From the NCBI GenBank assembly GCA_964655785.1, contig CAZZNP010000003.1, positions 30,486 through 89,066 on the forward strand: a stretch of DNA of 58,581 bases, read 5' to 3'. Positions 9,271 to 17,051 of this stretch are shown here, piece after piece. Each line of letters opens with the position of its first letter. The first letter of the stretch is position 1. The DNA is from an uncultured Gemmatimonadota bacterium. Its GTDB lineage: Bacteria; JAAXHH01. The position numbers and the translations under genes are program-made. The notes beneath the pieces were generated by a model that was not told the DNA's origin, searched no databases, and saw only the letters and a program-made list of their open reading frames with translations.

Positions 9271-9410
9271 CGGCCTCTGCGCGCCTTACGAATCCACGCG
9301 ATATTGACGGCCTCTGCGCGCCTTTCGAATCCACGCGAATTTGACGGTCTGGGTGCCTTTCGAATCCACGCGAATTTGACGCTCTGGGTGCCTTTCGAAT
9401 CCACGCGAAC
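9251..9410. repeat. tandem repeat, 37/37/36/35 bp x4.4
   Basis: Units sit at 9251, 9288 (identical), 9325 and 9361, plus a partial at 9396. Unit 1 carries the last 6 codons and the TGA (9268-9270) of the Ldh_2 gene. Confidence 0.9.
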
Positions 9411-9460
9411 CTGAAACGAACTCGAGACCACGCCGGCCGGAGACGTATCGCCCGAAACGA

Positions 9461-9877
9461 TCACGAAGAAGGACGATCGAACCAGGTCTCGTGTACGCGG
9501 AGCCATTGCAGCCCATTCGGTTTTTCGTCATTGCGCCGGAAAACCGCGGTGCTGTGTCTCGAAGTCGTCTCCCCGCCCTCCGATTGCCATTCCTCGTATT
9601 CTGCGACAACGAGCGCGTGGTCTTCTTCCAGCACCCGGACATGCTCGATCCAGATACGGATGCCCTGGCGGCCGGTGTGGGCGTCATAGAGCGCCTTCAG
9701 CAGTGGCGCGCGTTCCACCTTGCTGCCCTGGGGCATGACGATCACGAAGGTATCGGCGAGCACGGTTTCGATACGGCTGAAAGCCTCCGCGGTACTGGGG
9801 ACACGTCCGTTGAACCAGTCTTCGAAACACTGGTGCAACGTTTCGATTTCATTACGGCATGCGTCATGAATCGCCAT
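9461..9877 (-). CDS. NTF2-like / DUF4440 (SnoaL-like) small protein
   Basis: 138-aa ORF. The size and pattern (LHQCFEDWFNG ... ALVVAEYEEWQ ... WLRVHETW) fit the cone-shaped NTF2-like fold family. There is no functional clue. Confidence 0.55.
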   Translation of the reverse strand: MAIHDACRNEIETLHQCFEDWFNGRVPSTAEAFSRIETVLADTFVIVMPQGSKVERAPLLKALYDAHTGRQGIRIWIEHVRVLEEDHALVVAEYEEWQSEGGETTSRHSTAVFRRNDEKPNGLQWLRVHETWFDRPSS

Positions 9878-9961
9878 GGATTGTCCTGGCTCTCCGTTTC
9901 AGGGTTGAGGCTTACGAATTCGGTTAACTATCTGAAATTAATGAAGTAAATAGTTCTCATT

Positions 9962-10082
9962 TCAAGCGGCGGGCTCATCAGGCGGCGGCCCCGTCAAGCG
10001 GCGGGCTCATCAGGTGGCGGCCCCGTCAAGCGGCGGGCTCATCAGGTGGCGGCCCCGTCAAGCGGCGGGCTCATCAGGTGGC
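9962..10082. repeat. tandem repeat, 32 bp x3.8
   Basis: tcaagcggcgggctcatcagg(c/t)ggcggccccg at 9962, 9994 and 10026, with a partial at 10058. It ends 4 nt from the OMP gene stop (10087-10089). Confidence 0.9.
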
Positions 10083-10086
10083 CTCC

Positions 10087-10626
10087 TCAACCGCCCACCC
10101 TGAAACCCACCATGGCGTAAACCGCGGTCGTGCTCACGCCCTTTTCCAGGTTGATGTATCTACCCTCGATCCCAACGAACACCATGCCGAGCGACGCTCC
10201 GATCAGAACGCCGGGTTGCGCGTAATAGGTGTTCGTGGTCCTCGTGATGTCCGTCCTGGTATCACCGTTCTGTTCTACCGTCTGCTCCGAATCCTGTGCC
10301 CGCCCCACTCCGATCATTGCACGCACGAGTATGGGCGACGAAACCACCGTCACGCCCGCGTCCAGGCCATACAGGAGCAGGGATTTCTCCCCGTCGCCCT
10401 CCGATGGCGCAAGGTGGTAGGTCGCTCTCGCCCCGACATGAACGGTCCTGATGCCGGTCGGCAGGTTCAACATTACGCTGCCGCCCCCGCCTCTTTCGTA
10501 TTCTTCCGTGGCCTGTCCGCCGTGAAGGCCGAATTCTGCGCCCTGGGCCTGGACCAGTTCCGGAGCAACGGCAGCCATAAGCCATATCAGAATGGCCGCA
10601 CGACGGATAGACTGCTTCAGGGTCAT
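10087..10626 (-). CDS. outer-membrane beta-barrel protein (porin/OmpW-like small barrel)
   Basis: I start at ATG 10626, which gives a signal peptide (MTLKQSIRRAAILIWLMAAVAPELVQAQ). The protein has alternating beta-strand hydrophobicity and ends in aromatic-rich AVYAMVGFRVGG. The upstream extension to 10704 runs through a tandem repeat. Confidence 0.6.
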   Translation of the reverse strand: MTLKQSIRRAAILIWLMAAVAPELVQAQGAEFGLHGGQATEEYERGGGGSVMLNLPTGIRTVHVGARATYHLAPSEGDGEKSLLLYGLDAGVTVVSSPILVRAMIGVGRAQDSEQTVEQNGDTRTDITRTTNTYYAQPGVLIGASLGMVFVGIEGRYINLEKGVSTTAVYAMVGFRVGG

Positions 10627-10815
10627 CGCTTTTTCCCGGTCCATTACATAATCATCGCCGATTCCGGACCATCGCGTGGTCATCGCCGATTCCGGACCTT
10701 TCACGTAGTCTCTTCCAATCCCGGTCCATTACATGATCATCGCCGATTCCGGACCATCGCGTGGTCATCGCCGATTCCGGACCATCACATGATCATCACC
10801 TATTGCGATCCACGC
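10621..10815. repeat. composite tandem repeat (28-bp unit x3 exact or near-exact, one 57-bp expanded unit, degenerate ends)
   Basis: tcatcgccgattccggaccatcgcgtgg at 10652 and 10737, with variants at 10680 and 10765. The first degenerate copy contains the OMP start codon (cat 10624-10626). Confidence 0.85.
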
Positions 10816-11006
10816 AACCGGACGACACAGCCAGCGGCAAAACAACACCCCGGATTCTCGCCTCGAGGGTTTGCCGAAGCTATGATACCCAAATAGTACG
10901 GTCTTCGTCCATTACTTTCCTTTCCCGCCAACCCGCACACTGCGTCAAGTTGCATGATTGAACGGCGAGTCCTGGACAGACTCCTGTGTACGGCAACGCT
11001 GGGACA

Positions 11007-11035
11007 TTGACCCCCTATCCGGTTTCGCGTATTTT
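11007..11035 (+). promoter_or_regulatory. putative sigma70 promoter of the SulP gene (TTGACC-17-TATTTT)
   Basis: -35 at 11007-11012 and -10 at 11030-11035. Confidence 0.35.
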
Positions 11036-11113
11036 GGAACCAATGAAATTCTCCGGATCCCCCTTGACGGGCGGGTCTATATTCCCCGCTGAGGTTTTCG
11101 GAACACACCATAC

Positions 11114-13294
11114 TTGAATCTATTATCCAAATCAGCCATTCCCGCGCTCTCGGCAGGGCTCACTTCGGGCCTGGGTCTACTCGTCGCCCAGATCGCCTTC
11201 GGCAGCTTCATTTACTCGGGCTCCCTGGCTCCCTACACTTCCCAGGGCGTGGGGCTGGTGCTCTTCGGGAATCTCGCGGCGTGTCTACTCATCGCCTTAC
11301 TGGGAGGATTCCGGGGGGTTATCGCGGGGCTTTCGCCCGCGCTGGTCATCGGCATGGCCGTGATCGGCTCCTCAATGGACGCAGAAGGCCACGCGCTGTT
11401 CGTGACCACGACCATCGCCCTGATGATCTGTGCGGTGGTCACGGGCCTGTGCTGCCTTGCTATCGGCCGGTTTGGACTCGCCAACCTGATGCGCTTTATT
11501 CCCTATCCCGTTGCCGGTGGTATCGTGGCCGGGATCGGCGGTGTCGTGTGCCTGGCGGCCCTGTCCCGGATGGGCGCCGAGCTCGACTGGCTGGCCATGC
11601 CGGCACTGTTCGAACCGTCTGTTCTGTGGAAGTGGGTACCCGGGGCGGCCTTCGGCGTCGCGCTTTACCTGTCCTTGAAACGATGGCGCAATCCGCTGGT
11701 ATTGCCCGCGGGCGTGCTGCTGGCCGTAGGCGCATATCACCTCGCGCTCAACAGTCGCGGCATTTCCGGGGAGGAGGCAAGGACCGCGGGACTGCTGCTG
11801 TCGAGCACGGCGGAAGGCAACTTGTGGCCGGCGATTTGGCCCGCCGACCTGCCACTTATCCACTGGACTTCGCTGAACTCGCAGATACCCAACATGCTGG
11901 CGCTGATGCTGGTGGCTTTCATCAGTATCATCATGAATATCGCCGGACTCGAAATGGCAACGAACCATGAACTGGAATGGGACCGGGAATTCAAGGTGAC
12001 GGGGCTGGCAAGCATGCTGGCGGGGATTGGCGGGGGGACGGTGGCGACGATTGTCGTTCCCGCGTCGCTGCGAAGCAAGTTGTTCGGAGCCACTACCCGG
12101 ATGACCGGCGTGGTCGCCGCGGCCGTCATCGGGCTGGCCCTCGTCCTGGGCGACGGCATGCTGGAAATAGTGCCCACCGCGCTCGTGGGCGGAATCCTGG
12201 TCTTCGCAGGCCTCGGCATGCTGGACGAAGGGCTTGTCAGGAGTTGCAGGCGGCTTCCGCGGCTGGAATACGGTATTGTACTTGTGATGTTCGTGGTGGT
12301 TATGTCGCTCGGATTGATCGAAGGGGTAGCCGCGGGCATGCTGGCCACGCTGGTTTTCTTTGCCGTGAGGCTCAGCAGGATTGACCCCATAGAATCGAGA
12401 TTCACCGCGCGGGAGCGAGAGAGTATAATGGCAAGAACCGTACCCGACCGGGCCATCCTGCGCCGGGACGGGGAGCGTATACATGTATTCAAGCTGCGTG
12501 GTTATATCTTCTTCGGCAGTGCCTACGCGCTCGCCGATGAGTTCAAGAAAAGACTGGGCGGCGCTACGAAACCCGTGTGCATGATGCTGGACTTCGCGGC
12601 CGTTTCAGGCCTCGACTTTTCGGCCGTGAACGCCATGGGAAGGTTTTACCAGGCAGCGAACGCGTCCGGCGTGCGTGTTGTGCTCAGCGCGATGTCCGAG
12701 GGCCTGAAGGACCGGTTCGAACGCAGCCTGCCGGTTCCGGTGTATCGCGAATTGCTGTGGGAACCCGACGTGGATCGCGGACTAGAGCGTTGTGAAGATC
12801 TCCTGATTGAAACGTGGAACGCCGAATCCGTCGGGCGCGATACCGGGCGCGACGCGCTGCTGGCACATTCCGCGGAAGCCCTGGAACACTACCTGGAACG
12901 ACAGATCGATTTCGAAACCCTGTTGGAATCCCTGCAGGGGTGGCTGAACCCGAACACGTACGAAGCAGGGGGGGTGCTCGCCGGAGCGGGCGCGTCCACG
13001 GACCATCTGCAACTGATCTACTCGGGCCGCGCATCCGGTTACGATGCGGAGGCGACCCGGCTGTATCAGTGCGGACCGGGCGACGCGGTCTGGCCGTCAG
13101 GCGCGTCTGACCAGAAAGCGCACCGCGTGGTGGCCGACGAACCCTGTCGAACGATGCTGATTTCGCCCACGGTCCTCGACTGGCTGGAGCAGAACGAAAA
13201 GCAATTGGTGCTTGACCTGTACCGTTACCTGCTGGCAGGCCGGCTACGCAGCGAACGGGAATCCGGAGCATCGCGAACAGACCCGTACGAATGA
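11114..13294 (+). CDS. SulP/SLC26 anion permease with STAS domain and C-terminal cyclic-nucleotide-binding-like domain
   Basis: 726 aa with a TTG start. It has a polytopic N-terminal ~430 aa and a STAS segment (IHVFKLRGYIFFGSAYALADEF ... MMLDFAAVSGLDFSAVNAM). The C-terminal YEAGGVLAGAGASTDHLQLIYSGRASG...CGPGDAV resembles the CAP/cNMP beta-roll. Confidence 0.8.
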   Translation: MNLLSKSAIPALSAGLTSGLGLLVAQIAFGSFIYSGSLAPYTSQGVGLVLFGNLAACLLIALLGGFRGVIAGLSPALVIGMAVIGSSMDAEGHALFVTTTIALMICAVVTGLCCLAIGRFGLANLMRFIPYPVAGGIVAGIGGVVCLAALSRMGAELDWLAMPALFEPSVLWKWVPGAAFGVALYLSLKRWRNPLVLPAGVLLAVGAYHLALNSRGISGEEARTAGLLLSSTAEGNLWPAIWPADLPLIHWTSLNSQIPNMLALMLVAFISIIMNIAGLEMATNHELEWDREFKVTGLASMLAGIGGGTVATIVVPASLRSKLFGATTRMTGVVAAAVIGLALVLGDGMLEIVPTALVGGILVFAGLGMLDEGLVRSCRRLPRLEYGIVLVMFVVVMSLGLIEGVAAGMLATLVFFAVRLSRIDPIESRFTARERESIMARTVPDRAILRRDGERIHVFKLRGYIFFGSAYALADEFKKRLGGATKPVCMMLDFAAVSGLDFSAVNAMGRFYQAANASGVRVVLSAMSEGLKDRFERSLPVPVYRELLWEPDVDRGLERCEDLLIETWNAESVGRDTGRDALLAHSAEALEHYLERQIDFETLLESLQGWLNPNTYEAGGVLAGAGASTDHLQLIYSGRASGYDAEATRLYQCGPGDAVWPSGASDQKAHRVVADEPCRTMLISPTVLDWLEQNEKQLVLDLYRYLLAGRLRSERESGASRTDPYE

Positions 13295-13298
13295 TTAA

Positions 13299-14151
13299 TC
13301 AGACAGCGTTTTTCGTGGCAATCCAAACCTGTTCTCCCCCGTGAACGAAGGGACCACGTTGGAAGTCTCCGTAAAGCGCCTCAATCTCAAAACCGCAGAG
13401 TTCGAGCAGGTACTGCATCTCGAAACGATTAAAATAGTGCAGGAATAACGGTATGCAGGATTTCGAAACCAATCTGCCTTCGCTATCGGTTTCTTCGAGA
13501 TAGAAGTTCCACTCCAGATTCTGTTCTGTCGGGGTGAACAACTTGGATTCGTGAACCGTGACCATGTTTCCGTTTACCGGATTTGTAAATGACTTTATGT
13601 ATCTGAGCGTCCCCCCTGACGAATTCATATGCGATGAAACAAACTCAACGTCTTGATCACTGATATTGAATATCAACTTGCCACCGTCCAAAAAGGTGGT
13701 TATGGATGTTCAGCAGTGCCTTGCGTTGATCTTCCACGGCTGACAAATGCAGTAACGACCGATAGGGGATAATGATCAGATCGAATTTGCAATCAAGGGC
13801 AAACGTCCTCATATCATCTTCAACCAGCCGTATTCGCATCCGGGCTTCATCAGTAATTGATTCGGACTTCATCCGGAGTGCTTCCAGCATAGACGGACTG
13901 TTGTCGAGCCCTACGACAGACACACCGGCTTCAGCCACAGGAATTAAAACTCGACCCGTGCCACAGCCCAATTCCAACACCTGTCCTCCGACCATACTGG
14001 CTTCTTCCACGTAAAACGATACGTCTCCATCAAGCCCGACCGCGACGTGATCGTAGTACTTTGCCGCAGATTCATCCAGGACCCTGTTCACGAACCCTCC
14101 CTTGAAAATCCAGAAAGACAAATGGTTGCATGTCAGCGTATTATATAGCAT
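13299..14151 (-). pseudogene. class I SAM-dependent methyltransferase, split by one extra base in a T5 run (ORFs 13657..14151 and 13299..13691)
   Basis: The upstream ORF carries motif I (VLELGCGTGRVL) and ends ...ALLNIHNHLF+junk. The downstream ORF begins (L)DGGKLIFNI, the usual post-motif-III segment. Removing one T from cacCTTTTTGgac (A5 on + strand, 13690-13694) gives a continuous NIHNHLLDGGKLIFNISDQ. The gene is markedly AT-richer than its neighbours. Confidence 0.7.
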
Positions 14152-14198
14152 GTTTTACAAAATTAGTGGGAGCAGAAAAAACACCATACGGTGGTTAA

Positions 14199-16968
14199 TT
14201 GGGAATGCGGGTTAAAAACAACGAAGGTGTTTACGGGGCCAAAGTGCCTTCAAGTGACGCAGAACGGAAACAGGTGTTCTCCGAACAACTTCCCCACGGG
14301 CTCATACTCCTGGTCGAGAACCCCAAACGACTGAGTGGTCAACGGTTGTGGACGGCGCTTGACGACGCGGACAAATCCGTGGCGTTACAGTCTTACCTGG
14401 GTAAAGAAAATGGCAGGAACGACCTCGTGGCGCACGTTGCCACCGCGCGCAACTTCCGCGTCAGGACGGTTACCAAATGGAGCGATGACAAGATCGTCGA
14501 TGCGATGAAGCATTTGTCGTTCTCCAATCAACTTGCGACGATACTCCTGGTCGGACTGAACCTCGAACGCGCCGGTATGTGTCAGCGTTTTCTGGACTCG
14601 ATCGATATCCCGAATGAAAACGGCATATCGACAAGTCAGTTGTTCGGATACGATCTCGATGAGGCGGCCGTACACGAGGCCGCGGACCATCTCGTACGCG
14701 AGCATGGATTCCTGCGCGTAGTCATTTATTTCCTAACGCTCGCGATCCAGCAACAACCATTCGCCGATCATCTCTGGACCTGGTTGAAAGGATTGCCTGC
14801 GCGCGCGGACGAAATCTCCTCGGCCGTACCCGAGTCCGTCGAGCCTGACAAGGCCGATCCCTATGAAACGGCCGAAGGCGACGTGATTGCCAGTCCTCAC
14901 CGTCTGACCACGCTCGACCGCCTGGTAAGGAAATCGATTATCGACACCAGGTCGGGCATCGTCGGCAGCTTGCTTGAAGACGAAATCCACGACGTCGTAG
15001 ACGAGTTACTGAGCCTCAATGCGGAGCGGCCACAGACCAGTTTTCACGCGGGTTTCCGCGACGCAGTCTTTGATCGGCCCCTCGAGAGGGAAGCGACGTC
15101 CGATAACAATCGCTGGTATTGGACGGGAGCGATACGCGGCTGGGCAAGCCAGGAAAACTGGTCCCGCATCGTAACTGAATTCGACAGCAATCCGGTTGTC
15201 CGTGGTTTAGGTGACGGCGCCGATTCCGCGACGGACGAAGTCTCATTGTACGTAGCTCGCGCATTGAAACTGGAAGGACGTCCGGGAGAGGTATCAGACT
15301 TCGTAAAGGCACAGGCACTTCGACGGCCCGGCGGTCCTCTGTTTCAGGAAATGCTCGAAATCGGAACCGAGCTGCTGCACCGGGAAGAAACCGGGGAGGC
15401 CAGAGCCGTCTTCGACCGGTTGATGGAGGCCGTAAAGGCCCTGGTGGAACTGGGCTACCCTCCGGCACACGCCCGATTCCTCACGGTCCGCAGACGACGG
15501 GCTCACTGTCTGCGCATGTTGCTCGAACACGACCAGGCGCGTATGATTTTGCGTGAACTCCTTGACCTGGAACCCGACCCCAACAACCAGGCGATGGTGC
15601 GCGCGGATATCGGGATGCTCGCGGGGAACTTCAACAGGCTGGAAGACATTTCACTTCCGCACAGGGAAGAGGAACTTCCCGATTTCCTGGACAGGCTGAC
15701 AGAAGGTCGGGAGGAATACCTTCGATCTGTGGAAAACGACGTACCCTACGCTTCACACGGTCACTACTGTCTCGGGGTCCTTGCCCTGGGGGCCAGGCGG
15801 TATAACGAGGCCGAGAACCACCTCGAACGGGCGCGCGGACATTTCAAGAGCCGGCTGAAGTCCTATGGAAACGATCTCGCCACGAGAACCGATCTGTATC
15901 TCGGTATATCCCGGGCGGCAGGCGTGCATTCGGCCGGGAACCTGACGCACGCGGCACGCGTCATGACAGGCGCCCTGCAGGCTGGCACGCCTTTCCCCCC
16001 CCTACCTGATCAATCCCGCCGTCGAAGGCCTCGAGGTCGGCGCTACCTCCGATGACTTGTCTAGCTTCATCGCCACCGTCCTCGAAACCGAAAGAGAATC
16101 GGTGTTGGATGTACTATCGAACAATGAGACGGCGATCGCGGTGGGACCGGTTACGGATGCACTGCGCAGCCAGGCGGAGAAACTCGAAGGGAGCGAGGCC
16201 GCCGCGTCGTATCTGCGGGCCTGCGTAAAGGGATATATGAAAGCGGAACGATACAAAGAAGCGGGCGATTTGCTTGACGAGCTCGAAGTCCTGGCGATAG
16301 ACGGTGTGGGCACGGCGGAATTCCTGGATCTGGTGCGTGATCCGGAACGCTTGCAGCCAGCCTGGGAACAGGAAGAGGTAGTCGTCGCAAGGGCTCGCTG
16401 TTTCGAAGCCCTCGGCGATCTCGAAACCGCAATGGGAGTCATCAGGCCGGTTTTTCACAGGTATGCGGCAAAGGGCGATATCCACGAAGCCGGGGGCATA
16501 CTCGAGTGCATACGACGCTACGGTCTTCCCGAAGAACGCTACGTTCAGGAGACAAGACGTCTTGAAGCCCTGATCGAACACGGACGGGAATCCGCGCCAC
16601 AGGTGAACGACCCGGACATGAAGATCGCGCCACGGCCACTGAATATCCTGTTCGTGGGCGGCAACGAGATTCAGAAGAAGCAGGAAAGCGCGGTAAGAAA
16701 TAACCTTCGGGAACGCGCTCCCCATGTAGATGTGACCTTCATCTTTACCGGATGGAGCGGTAACTGGCAACTTCACCTGGAGAAAGTGCAGTCTGAATTG
16801 CACAAGCACGATGCGTTGGTACTCATGCGATTCATGCGTACGAATCTGGGCAGGGAAATCAGAAGACTTTGCGGAAAGAAACAGTGGCGGTCCTGTTGGT
16901 CTTCAGGACACAAGGGTATGGCCGACGCGATTCTGGCCGCCGCCGAAGCAGCGAAGACCAATGTCTGA
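14199..16968 (+). pseudogene. large (~920 aa) TPR-like hypothetical protein with DUF2325-like C-terminus, split by one extra base in a C8 run (ORFs 14199..16055 and 16057..16968)
   Basis: The two frames are both open over 15967-16055, and the C8 tract (15995-16002) lies in that overlap. With 7 C the reading is ...QAGTPFPPYLINPAVEGLEVGATSDDLSSFIATVLETERES... joining both ORFs. The actual tail of ORF1 (LPDQSRRRRPRGRRYLR) looks like out-of-frame junk. Confidence 0.6.
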
Positions 16969-17051
16969 TGGCCCGTCCCTGCTCCGGTTTGCAATGAACA
17001 CGCATCACCTTGTCCGGTTTATCAACCTGCTTCTCCGCAATGTATTACTAC

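Noticed and set aside
9321-9400. The ttcgaatcc string in the repeat units resembles a tRNA T-loop (GGTTCGAATCC)
   Set aside because: The flanking bases cannot form a 5-bp T-stem (tgcct versus ccacg), and there is no acceptor or anticodon arm. This is not a tRNA or a tRNA fragment that I can support.
9251-9410. A CRISPR-like look of the 32-37-bp repeat arrays (also 9962-10082 and 46280-46424)
   Set aside because: The units are directly adjacent with no unique spacers, no cas genes are in the window, and the unit sequence derives from neighbouring gene ends. These are plain tandem repeats.
14940-15010. The DEIH string in the large protein as a DExH helicase motif II
   Set aside because: There is no Walker A (GxGK[ST]) or other helicase motif anywhere in the protein. 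This is a chance match.
13299-16968. Calling the low-GC island a mobile element or a restriction-modification or defence system
   Set aside because: There is no integrase, transposase, tRNA target or terminal repeats. The methyltransferase looks like a small-molecule class I enzyme, with no DNA-MTase motif IV (DPPY/NPPY). The large protein shows no nuclease or NTPase motifs.
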